A stretch of 60,000 nt of DNA, from the NCBI GenBank assembly GCA_965235115.1, contig OZ249436.1, positions 43,960,001 through 44,020,000 on the forward strand, given 5' to 3'. Positions 1-12,098 of the stretch are shown in pieces. Source of the DNA: Laetmonice hystrix. Lineage: Eukaryota. A program made the translations under genes and the position numbers. The stretch's first letter is position 1, and the number at the start of each line of letters is the position of its first letter. Under the pieces are notes generated by a model that saw only the letters and a list, made by a program, of their open reading frames with translations, was not told where the DNA came from and made no database searches.

Positions 1-1647
1 GTAAACAATAGAACTGTTAGCCCAGGACCTAACCACGGTAAACAATAGAACTTAGCTCAAGACCTAACCACGGTAAACAATAGAACTGTTAGCCCATGAC
101 CTAACCACGGTAAACAATAGAACTGTTAGCCCAGGACCTAACTATGGCAAACAATAGATCTGTTAGCCCAGGACCTAACTATGGTAAACAATAGAACTGT
201 TAGCCCAGGACCTAACCACGGTAAACAATAGAACGTAGCTCAAGACCTAACCACGGTAAACAATAGAACTGTTAGCTCAGGACCTAACCACGGTAAACAA
301 TAGAACTGTTAGCCCATGACCTAACCACGGTAAACAATAGAACTGTTAGCTCAGGACCTAACCACGGTAAACAATAGAACTGTTAGCTCCGCACCTAACC
401 ACGGTAAACAATAGAACTGTTCTCTCCGGACCTAACCACGGTAAACAATAGAACTGTTAGCCCAGGACCTAACCACGGTAAACAATAGAACTGTTAGCCC
501 AGGACCTAACCACGGTAAACAATAGAACTTAGCTCCGGACCTAACCACGGTAAACAATAGAACTGTTAGCCCAGGACCTAACCACGGTAAACAATAGAAC
601 TGTTAGCTCAGGACCTAACCACGGTAAACAATAGAACTGTTAGCCCAGGACCTAACCACGGTAAACAATAGAACTGTTAGCTCAGGACCTAACCACGGTA
701 AACAATAGAACTGTTAGCCCAGGACCTAACCACGGTAAACAATAGAACTGTTAGCTCAGGACCTAACCACGGTAAACAATAGAACTGTTAGCCCAGGACC
801 TAACCACGGTAAACAATAGAACTCTTAGCCCAGGACCTAACCACGGTAAACAATAGAACTGTTAGCCCAGGACCTAACCACGGTAAACAATAGAACTGTT
901 AGCTCAGGACCTAACCACGGTAAACAATAGAACTTAGCTCAAGACCTAACCACGGTAAACAATAGAACTGTTAGCCCAGGACCTAACCACGGTAAACAAT
1001 AGAACTGTTAGCCCAGGACCTAACCATGGTAAACAATAGAACTGTTAGCTCAGGACCTAACCACGGTAAACAATAGAACTGTTAGCTCCGGACCTAATCA
1101 CGGTAAACAATAGAACTTAGCTCAAGACCTAACCACGGTAAACAATAGAACTGTTAGCTCAGGACCTAACCATGGTAAACAATAGAACTGTTAGCCCATG
1201 ACCTAACCACGGTAAACAATAGAACTGTTAGCTCCGGACCTAACCACGGTAAACAATAGAACTGTTAGCCCATGACCTAACCACGGTAAACAATAGAACT
1301 ATTAGCTCAGGACCTAACCACGGTAAACAATAGAACTGTTAGCCCAGGACCTAACCATGGTAAACAATAGAACTTAGCCCAGGACCTAACCACGGTAAAC
1401 AATAGAACTGTTAGCCCAGGACCTAACTATGGTAAACAATAGAACTGTTAGCCCAGGACCTAACTATGGTAAACAATAGAACTGTTAGCCCAGGACCTAA
1501 CTATGGTAAACAATAGAACTGTTAGCCCAGGACCTAACCATGGTAAACAATAGAACTTAGCCCAGGACCTAACCACGGTAAACAATAGAACTGTTAGCCC
1601 AGGACCTAACTATGGTAAACAATAGAACTGTTAGCCCAGGACCTAAT
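1..1647. repeat. 37-bp minisatellite (with 35-bp variants), truncated by window edge
   Basis: Unit gtaaacaatagaactgttagcccaggacctaaccacg, ~44 copies. Confidence 0.97.
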
Positions 1648-2010
1648 CAGTGGGTTGGCGATGGACTGAGTGAGAACCCTGCCACCGGAGGGGAATCCTC
1701 TATACTACTCAACAAAATGGCATATTTTTTATGCCCATTTGCAAAGACACGGCTGGACATACACAAGCCTTTCATTAGCAAGTCATGGAGCAGGGGACAG
1801 CCAACAAGAGGCTGGAAGGACTAAACCCCAACCTTCGCTCCATTCGTTGCCTCTGATGAACATAGAGTGGTGCTGGGGACCATTCTCTGTTTATCCCTGA
1901 TCACTTAGCTTTTTTGGATATCAAGAACAATAAAGTAATAAGCTAAGAAACGTTAAGTTTTAAAATCTTAATCGAAGACGAAACTAATTTATAGACTAGG
2001 AATGTTTTCA

Positions 2011-2269
2011 CAGGCACGGCGGAGCAGGGGGCTGGGGGGGGGGGGCTATAGCCCCACCCTAATAATTTCATTTTCAAGTCGAAAATGAATACGGAAATGA
2101 GAAAACCTTATCTATTTTTTGTCATTTTTATACCTAAAATAAGCCAGAATGCGTCGACTGAATGCGTCTGTTATACCCAGAGCTTCCGGGACCTAAGCGG
2201 CCCCTGGAGCCTCGCCTGAAAAGCTGGGATAGTGTAGCGCCCTCCCCGAAATTGTTTCCGCCGTGCCTG
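2011..2269. mobile_element. MITE / non-autonomous DNA transposon (CAGG-ended TIRs)
   Basis: TIRs caggcacggcgga ... tccgccgtgcctg; no clear TSD. Confidence 0.6.
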
Positions 2270-3497
2270 TTCCAACCGAATTTTGAAGTGTCTCACGATA
2301 ATCCCATGCTGCAGGACATTAGGTTAGTGAATTTTGAAGTGTCTCACTATAATACCATGCTGCAGGACATTAGGTTAGTGAACGTATTTTTAAGGTCACG
2401 CATGTGCCGGTGTCCTTCGTGCTAGATTTTCCAGGAAGGTTTGCTTGGAACAGACTCGGCTTGTAACTCTAATTCTTAACATGTTTCAGGTTATTGTGTC
2501 GACAGCAGTTTACATGCAATGTTTATATGGTGCACGGATCATAAATCTGGATCTATACATGCACGGAGGGAGGTGTGCGTTCTCTGGTTCCATCTGTCCC
2601 ACGCACACCCATTCGAAGACGGAACCAGAGCAGAGGGAACCGCCTATTTTATAGCTGCAAAACAATGTCGTGTTACTCTGTTCGCGTTCTTAAAGGACTC
2701 TTGCGGTTGACGAAGCCGTTTTTAGGACGTTGCGGGTGTGGTAGGGGGCCCTACCTAGATCACAGGGTGAGGTCACGGAACGTTGCGGGTGTGGTAGGGG
2801 GCCCTACCTGGATCACAGGGTGCGGTCACAGGTAAATCTTTGAAAGGGAATGTGGCATGCTTCAGCTATCGGTCTAAACGTGAAAACCTAATGTTATTAA
2901 CTTCCTGCCTAAATTTCATAATGTTTTGTCACTGAGCCATAAGTAAAGCGATGACCTACGACGTAATTTGCTTTAGGATCTGCCTCAGAAAATCTGCCTC
3001 AGAATACCTGCCTCAGGAAATCTGCCTCGGAATATCTGCCTCAGAATATCTGCCTCAAATTATCTAGGAAGATAAATGAGGAGGGCATTTCACACAAAAT
3101 AATCTTGCCCTTTCACGTGTCACGTAAAATAAAGTTTAATACTTGAGCACTTGAACAACTTTCTAATCATTAACGACCATTTATTGGCATGATTTGCCAA
3201 ACCAAACGACGTCATATTTATGGTAATTTATTTTAGACGAATATTAATTCACGATTCACTTAAAACAAGATATAGATGTAGTCACGCATAACGAAAAACA
3301 ATTAACATTCACAATTAACATTCAATAAAAGTGTCCATTGACGCAAGAGACTTACGACTGCTTAAGGTGCGTATTATGGTAAAATAAAGTGGGGGTAGTA
3401 TGCAATAAATCTAACCAGTCGCAAATGGCTGGTCGATCAAGACCTCAGCAGATCCACGTTGTGAAATATAGGTCTTAAATCGCAAGTCCTGCTGATC

Positions 3498-3941
3498 GCA
3501 TCTAGCCTGAGGTGGGCAACAGCCAATTTCTGTATGAGGACCAAACTCGGTATCAGGACAACATCTAGCCTGAGGTGGGCAACAGCCAATTTCTGTATGA
3601 GGACCAAACTCGGTATCAGGACAACATCTAGCCTGAGGTGGGTAACAGCCAATTTCCGTATGAGGACCAAACTCGGTATCCGGGCGACATCTAGCCTGAG
3701 GTGGGCAACAACCAATTTCTGTATCAGGACCAAACTCGGTATCCGGGCGACATCTAGCCTGAGGTGGGCAACAGCCAATTTCTGTATCACGGCCAAACTC
3801 GGTATCAGGGCGACATCTAGCCTGAGGTGGGCAACAGCCAATTTCTGTATCAGGATCAAACTCGGTATCAGGGCGACATCTAGCCTGGGGTGGGCAACAG
3901 CCAATGTCTGTATCAGGATCAAACTCGGTATCAGGGCGACA
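3498..3941. repeat. 63-bp minisatellite, ~7 copies
   Basis: Unit catctagcctgaggtgggcaacagccaatttctgtatgaggaccaaactcggtatcaggacaa; explains ORFs 3437-3973 and 3534-4064. Confidence 0.95.
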
Positions 3942-5084
3942 TTGAACATTCCAATTCCTCTTGACCCGGACAAGTTTGAAAACAGGTGGTTAAATCGGGA
4001 CTGGAAGGCTTATTCCCAGGCCTCAACCAGGGGCAAATATGCATTAGTAAGTAATGGTAGGTAAAGTAATCTAGTGAACCACTTAACTACCAACATAAAA
4101 TGCTTCGGTTACATCTCTGTTATAACCATTTGACATAAAAAAACAAAACGTTTTGGCGTGTCGATTTATTGCAGGATGCCGAACATCTATTTCTACTCAG
4201 AGCATTCCTAGTCTGGCAAAGGTACAAGCCTAATAGCCTGGCCATTTAACGCCACGAGCTCGAAGTCCTAAGCTCCACAATTAATATACTAGATAAGATC
4301 TAATCTACACATCAGTTAAAGCATTCTCGAGTTTACATACGATAAGTTGAATTCGGGAATTTCTTATCGTTTATGGTCCAATGCAAAGAATAACAAACCA
4401 ACTGCGCAAGGAAAAGGTCGCCATATGTTGTGACATATATGGGCGCCTGGAACCTCCACAATCACCTGCCCAACGTCAGCTGGCTGTATGACGAAGTAAA
4501 CGCGGTGGTGATGTGTTTTTTTTCCAAGGGGGCGCTGTTTTTATTAACACGCGGAGGGTGACAAGACTCGCATATACGTCAGATTTGATTCGTTCAGAGA
4601 GGACACGTGACATGTCACACGTGGCTTTATAAAGCCACACAGCTGCAGTGAAGGGGGGAGACCGCTGGCCTTGATTCGGATGACCTAGCTGGCCTGTCCT
4701 CAGGAACACGGGACCTGACGTCGAGGGCACAGGATTCGGATCATTTGCTGTCAACCATGAAAAGTTGGATCCCGATCCCGATAAGTCATAAAGATCTCCA
4801 CATCCTGGCACAGTCAACACGAACTCTCTACTACTGTATATAGTGAGAGTCATAAAGCACCGATATTGACGGCATTTAACGGCTGCTAGCCAGTGGTAGC
4901 GGAAAGGCTGGGTCGATTTCTGTGTTATACAAGCTTTGCATGTCACTCTCCAGTCTAACGGAAACGGGAATTATCAAGTCTAAAAGAAACGGTTACCAAT
5001 AAACCGAAACTAAAGATGCAAAAAATAGTGAATAATAAATTAAATAAAATAATGAAAGAGAGAACCCCCCTCCCCCGAGAATCC

Positions 5085-5317
5085 AATCTGTAGAGAAAGT
5101 AGGCCGAGCAAACCACGTGCTGTCTAATCTGTAGAGAAAGTAGGCCAAGCGAACCACGTGCTGTCTAATCTGTAGAGAAAGTAGGCCAAGCGAACCACGT
5201 GCTGTCTAATCTGTAGAGAAAGTAGGCCAAGCGAACCACGTGCTGTCTAATCTGTAGAGAAAGTAGGCCAAGCGAACCACGTGCTGTCTAATCTGTAGAG
5301 AAAGTAGGCCAAGCGAA
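5085..5317. repeat. 41-bp minisatellite, ~5.7 copies
   Basis: Unit aatctgtagagaaagtaggccaagcgaaccacgtgctgtct. Confidence 0.95.
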
Positions 5318-7862
5318 CGCTGTCTCCTCGAGCTAAAATACTCGTGGTAACAATCTATCAGGCTACAGTGTAAATCTGTCAATGTATTTTTAACCCTCAT
5401 CTAGTTTCTCAATGTTTCCGCCGTGGAGAAGGTTATCGCCTACATTAAACCATAAACTATAGTGTCCTATGTCTCTTAAGAAAGATTTTATGTATAGGCC
5501 TACGGTTGAAACCAGTGAATATACTGTTATGTTTGTTTCGAGTGTGCAGTCAACCTAATCTTTGCCGTCGTTGTCATGGCGGGGAGAGCGAGGTTGTTAT
5601 CCCTTCACGCTGTCAAAGTTCCCAAACACGTTTTGATAAGATCACATAAAAACAGTGACCGTAAATCATAAACCTGTTCTATCTGCCTCTTTAGAACAGT
5701 CAACTACAGGGAATACAAGTCCCGTGTCCTATTATGTCAATGAACAGAAATAGCCTCGAAATGCGTCAATTTGGTTCGTCACAATTTCTCTATTGGTTTA
5801 ACATGGGACGAGAAAACACATATTCAAACATCGACCAGAAGTTCAGGCGAAAGTGGAAAGCGAAATCATATTTTTCATCACATGTGCATTTTTATAGCGA
5901 TTTCAGGTCTTGATCTAAAGAAGCGATATTTCTTGAATTCCCTTTCCGAAGCTTACTTATAATAAAGAAAGTTTCATCCTTTCAACAGATATTGCAAGGA
6001 AGTTGCAAAGAGACCTCTTGATTTGGGTCAATATAACTAAGGCGTGGAGCACATCCTAGATAGGCCCTACTGTATAGGCCTATAGTTGTCTGCTCGAATT
6101 TCCGGAGGGCGTTAACATATATGCTGGCGGGCATGCTATGTGCAAGTGTTCTTAGAAAAAGGGCTATACATAGGACTGTATGAACCACCCTGCCAGACAT
6201 ATACTGTACAATAATTATATTTGGAGAAATCAGTCGACCGTGTTAGTTTACCATAGCTTCTCCGAAGAAACGTAAACAGAGTATAGAATCGACAGAAGAA
6301 CCCCAATTGGGGTTACCATCTATATGGTTCACCTCAACAACCTCATGGGACCGACCCCTTTACACAAATATATCTGACTTGTCGTTCGGGGCTGACCCTC
6401 GCGGGCCTGCGGTCACGTGACAGGATTAGACAACACACGGCACTCTAGACTTGTAGCTGATTAGCAACTGCTCCATTAGAGAAAAACATGATAACATTCT
6501 AAAGCTCCCTATGTGGCCGTGATATTGTAACAACAGGTATGAGACGGGCCTATCTGTGCAAATATAATCCTAACCAAGGGGTACATTTCCCCCCTGGCTC
6601 ACGTAAAATTGACTAAAAAATGTATTATAAAAAAGTATGTTTCCAAAATATAGGCCTACATGGAAGGAGGATCTGTCTTTTTGTGCATATCTTTATGCAG
6701 ACGCCTGGGATTATATGGAATGGACGTGAAGGTTATAAGTAGGCCTAAGGAACAGAGTTCTTTTTCAAGTAGAATAGGTTCGTCGAGTCCAGAAAGGTCC
6801 TCTATATAAGATCTAAATGTAATGTTCAAAATATATCGCACTTCATTGTTCTGTGCATACGTACAATGATGAAGTACGACCAAATCAAAGCAGGCTCAAT
6901 GTGCTACATTTGGGTTAGTTTAACATAATATATCTACGTTCACTTCCGTCCTATACACAGTCGCCTCCTTGCTGCGAGGCATTTGAGCAGTTGCTCATTC
7001 ATTAGAGACTCACAGCGGCCCACATCCGGGAACTGACCAAACACGAAGGTTCACCGTCATTATGCAGTGGTGGATTGGGCGGGGGGGGGGGGGGGGTCAA
7101 GGGGCCAGGGCCCCTCTTTGGCGTCAATTTTTCTCTTTTTGGCTACATTGTGAACATGCTGCTTTATGTGAAACGATCTGAATAAGGCATAGATTCCACA
7201 TCTCTTTCTAACTAAATATGCAAACGGTGAACAAGGTTTACTGCGTAACCCTACCCAAGGGCATTTCGAAAGCTCGACAAACGTAAACCTTTCTATGTGG
7301 CAGATTATTTAAATAATGTAAAACAACGCATAGAGCAGTGTTTTACAAACATATAGCTTTGCCAAACTGCCTATTGATTGTATTTGTAGAAACATTCCTT
7401 GAGCTAGCATCTTTACAAAAAATATTTATTATTAAAAACAGTTATAGCACCAACACCCATAGGCCTACTGAAGATTTATTAGGAAGTCTGGTGGTTGCTC
7501 TTGGCTTGTTTACATTCTTAATTTGTTAGACTTCCGGCAACTGCACACTCGATCTATATGTAAGTATATATATGCCCAACGTATTGGTGATCGTAAATCC
7601 GATATTAAGACGTAAGTTGCTTTGTGTGTTTCTTTTTGTCCCTTCAATTTTATTGTTTTGTTTTTGTTTTAGTATTTTTGTTGGTTGTGGTGGATATACC
7701 CAGAATATCCCTTTAGTCTGAAGGCTCTCCGAAGTCTGATTTAGCCTACTGAAGGCGCTACGGAGTTTTTCCTGCCAATGTAAGGGGGCAGGCCACCTTC
7801 GGAGTCAGGGAACAGGAGTTCACGCAACTGGTTCACAGAAGAGGTTGAAAGGGATAACTTAC

Positions 7863-7956
7863 ATCCGGGTCTTTTCACAGGCGGGGACCCTGAGCGTACA
7901 GCGATGACGACGGAGAACAGGAAGGCAGGCCATACCACCTCCAGTAACATAACAAC
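7863..7956 (-). CDS. ABCA: ABCA-subfamily ABC transporter, second coding exon (TM1)
   Basis: cttgtgtttccag|GTT GTT ATG...CCC GGA T|gtaagt; 94 nt, phase 0 in and phase 1 out; VVMLLEVVWPAFLFSVVIAVRSGSPPVKRPG(C) matches the ABCA1/4/7/12/13-type LExxWPxxLFxxxxxxRxxxPPxxxxxC segment and joins in frame to the upstream exon. Confidence 0.9.
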
Positions 7957-8760
7957 CTGGAAACACAAGTATAGACATTCTATCACAACATTCAGTGTTA
8001 TCAGGTCATACCACCTCCAGTAACATAACAACCTGGAAACACAAGTATAGACATTCTATCACAACATTCAGTTTATCAGGCCATACCACCTCCAGTAACA
8101 TAACAACCTGGAAACACAAGTATAGACATTCTATCACAACATTCAGTGTTATCAGGTCATACCACCTCCAGTAACATAACAACCTGGAAACACAAGTATA
8201 GACATTCTATCACAACATTCAGTGTTATCAGGCCATACCACCTCCAGTAACATAACAACCTGGAAACACAAGTATAGGCATTCTATCACAACATTCAGTG
8301 TTATCAGGCCATACCACCTCCAGTAACATAACAACCTGGAAACACAAGTATAGACATTCTATCACAACATTCAGTGTTATCAAGCCATACCACCTCCAGT
8401 AACATAACAACCTGGAAACACAAGTATAGACATTCTATCACAACATTCAGTGTTATCAGGCCATACCACCTCCAGTAACATTACAACCTGGAAACACAAG
8501 TATAGACATTCTATCACAGCATTCAGTGTTATCAGGTCATACCACCTCCAGTAACATAACAACCTGGAAACACAAGTATAGACATTCTATCACAACATTC
8601 AGTGTTATCAGGTCATACCACCTCCAGTAACATAACAACCTGGAAACACAAGTATAGACATTCTATCACAACATTCAGTGTTATCAGGTCATACCACCTC
8701 CAGTAACATAACAACCTGGAAACACAAGTATAGACATTCTATCACAACATTCAGTGTTAT
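7926..8760. repeat. 76-bp minisatellite, 11 copies, overlapping the ABCA exon-2 acceptor
   Basis: Unit caggccataccacctccagtaacataacaacctggaaacacaagtatagacattctatcacaacattcagtgttat; the leftmost copy contains the functional intron/exon junction. Confidence 0.97.
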
Positions 8761-8822
8761 GAAATAAGGCGATAATTAGGGAGGAAGAAGCTTACAGACG
8801 GTTTAACATACATAGGTATTCA

Positions 8823-8901
8823 CTCTGTCTCTGTCTGTCTATCTGTTTCTTTCTGTCTCTCTCTCCCTCTCCCCCCTATCTCTCTGTCTCTCTCTCTCTC
8901 T

Positions 8902-8981
<80 letters not shown>

Positions 8982-9099
8982 GTCTCTCTCTCCTCTCTCT
9001 CTCCTATCTCTGTCTCTCTCTCCTCTCTCCCCCTCCCTCTCTCTCTATCTCTCTCTCTCTCTGTCTCTCTCTCCTCTCTCTCCCTCTCTCTCCTCTGTC

Positions 9100-9130
<31 letters not shown>

Positions 9131-9163
9131 CTCTCTATCTCTCCTCTCTCTCTCTCCTCCCTC
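8823..9163. repeat. Imperfect (CT)n microsatellite
   Basis: ~340 bp CT/CTGT tract. Confidence 0.95.
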
Positions 9164-9777
9164 TAATAGCTCCTTGAGGTCTAGATTTATAGGGGCCTAT
9201 ACGTGTTTCTATAGGTAGACCTTATCATGTGATCATAAGTTAGTAATCAGAATGGTTTCTCACTATTGTTCGTGGAAGGATGTCCCGGTACAGTTATAAA
9301 AGGCTGGCCTAGCACATTGGATATTTCAATGCGGTAGAGATTACTTAATTGTTTATTTTTCGAAGGGAAATAGAACAATTTCAGGTATGCCAGGTATGTG
9401 ACTACGTTATGCAAGTCTCATGTGACGTCAGAGCGAGATCACAGCGCGTGGCGCAGGAGACTCTGTCAACGTCATCGTTTCGTCACCAAATGTCCTCTGA
9501 TCGAATGTCAATTACGGAAACACGGACTGGTAGTCGGCACTTATTATCTTCTTCATGCCATTTCTCTCCTGTAGATAAAGAATCAACGAGGAAAACTATT
9601 TTTATTAGCCCGATTCGTATTCCCAGAATGCCGTTATCGTATAGGCCTAGATTGACTTATAGACTACCCGGTAGTTTTAACTTTCCCATCCAACCAGGAA
9701 GCCAAGAGCAATATGAAGGGCAGAATAATTATGACTAATCAGTGTAGATCATGATGGGCTCGCGGTTTGCTTGTGAA

Positions 9778-10980
9778 GGTACAGGGCCCCATTGGTTGAC
9801 CCAGGACTGAGGAAGTATTGGTTGCGTAGGCCTAGGTGTAGGCCCCTTTACAAATTACAGGGCCCCATTGGTTGACCCAGGACTGAGGAAGTATTGGTTG
9901 CGTAGGCCTAGGTGTAGGCCCCTTCACAAATTGTATATCATGGTACAGGGCCCCATTGGTTGACCCAGGACTGAGGAAGTATTGGTTGCGTAGGCCTAGG
10001 TGTAGGCCCCTTCACAAATTACAGGGCCCCATTGGTTGACCCAGGACTGAGGAAGTATTGGTTGCGTAGGCCTAGGTGTAGGCCCTTTCACAAATTGTAT
10101 ATCATGGTACAGGGCCCCATTGGTTGACCCAGGACTGAGGAAGTATTGGTTGCGTAGGCCTAGGTGTAGGCCCCTCCATAAATTGTATATCATGGTACAG
10201 GACCCCATTGGTTGATACAGGACTGAGGAAGTATTGGTTGCGTAGGCCTAGGTGTAGGCCCCTCCACAAATTGTATATCATGGTACAGGGCCCCATTGGT
10301 TCACCCAGGACTGAGGAAGTATTGGTTGCGTAGACCTAGGTGTAGGCCCCTTCACAAATTGTATCATGGTACAGGGCCCCATTGGTTGACCCAGGACTGA
10401 GGAAGTATTGGTTGCGTAGGCCTAGGTGTAGGCCCCTCCACAAATTGTATATCATGGTACAGGACCCCATTGGTTGATACAGGACTGAGGAAGTATTGGT
10501 TGCGTAGACCTAGGTGTAGGCCCCTCCACAAATTGTATATCATGGTACAGGACCCCATTGGTTGACCAAGGACTGAGGAAGTATTGGTTGCGTAGGCCTA
10601 GGTGTAGGCCCCTTCACAAATTGTATATCATGGCACAGGGCCCCATTGGTTCACCAAGGACTGAGGAAGTATTGGTTGCGTAGGCCTAGGTGTAGGCCCC
10701 TTCACAAATTGTATATCATGGCACAGGGCCCCATTGGTTGAGCCAGGATTGAGGAAGTATTGGTTGCGTAGGCCTAGGTGTAGGCCCCTCCACAAATTGT
10801 ATATCATGGTACAGGACCCCATTGGTTGACCCAGGACTGAGGAAGTATTGGTTGCGTAGGCCTAGGTGTAGGCCCCTTCACAAATTGTATATCATGGCAC
10901 AGGGCCCCATTGGTTGATACAGGACTGAGGAAGTATTGGTTGCGTAGGCCTAGGTGTAGGCCCCTCCACAAATTTGATAT
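9778..10980. repeat. ~88-bp minisatellite, ~14 copies
   Basis: Unit ggtacagggccccattggttgacccaggactgaggaagtattggttgcgtaggcctaggtgtaggccccttcacaaattgtatatcat with shorter deletion variants. Confidence 0.95.
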
Positions 10981-11311
10981 CAGGTGCATGTTGCTTTGAG
11001 ACCTGAATTAATATCATTGTCCAATTGCTCTTATTCGAGAAATATTGACTCTGTCAGCCGGAAATATGGCGTACTACACAACGTCGTTCCTAGAACCTGC
11101 TAAAATAAGCAACAAGAAGAAAGGACCAAAAGCCTTGCTGCATCTTTTCGCCATGAGTATGTTGTGAATGCGCGTCATACCGATTCGGGCCACTGACTTC
11201 AGACTGATCGGTTCACTGAGTTACGAGACTTTCTCATGGCGACAATACATATAAACAAACCTCGGTTGTCGTCAACTGCCTGTAATACTTTGTGAAACAT
11301 GATATAACGCA

Positions 11312-12098
11312 TGATATAACACATGAGTTAACATATGATATACCACATGAGTTAACACATATATAACACATGAGTTAACACATAATATAACACATGAGTT
11401 AACACATAATATAACATATGAGTTAACACATAATATAACACATGAGTTCACACATAATATAACACATGAGTTAACACATAATATAACACATGAGTTAACA
11501 CATAATATAACACATGAGTTACCACATAATAATAACATATGAGGTAACACATAATATAACACATGAGTTAACATATGATATACCACATGAGTTAACACAT
11601 ATATAACACATGAGGTAACACATAATATAACACATGAGTTAACACATATATAACACATGAGTTAACATATGATATACCACATGAGTTAACACATAATATA
11701 ACACATGAGGTAACACATATATAACACATGAGTTAACATATAACACATGCGTTAACACATATATATCACATGAGTTAACACATAATATAACACATGAGTT
11801 AACACATATATAACACATGAGTTAACATATGATATACCACATGAGTTAACACATAATATAACACATGAGGTAACACATATATAACACATGAGTTAACATA
11901 TAACACATGCGTTAACACATATATATCACATGAGTTAACACATAATATAACACATGAGTTAACACATAATATAACACATGAGTTACCACATAATAATAAC
12001 ATATGAGGTAACACATAATATAACACATGAGTTAACACATATATAACACATGAGTTAACACATATATAACACATGAGTTAACACATATAACACATAAC
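11312..12098. repeat. AT-rich 20-27-bp minisatellite
   Basis: Core aacacataatataacacatgagtt with recurring variant blocks. Confidence 0.93.

Noticed and set aside
3437..4064. Overlapping 21-aa-repeat ORFs on both strands
   Set aside because: Fully explained by a 63-bp tandem repeat; no recognisable domain or splice support.
4476..4946. 156-aa ORF as next ABCA exon
   Set aside because: No ABCA-like motif and no fitting splice sites.
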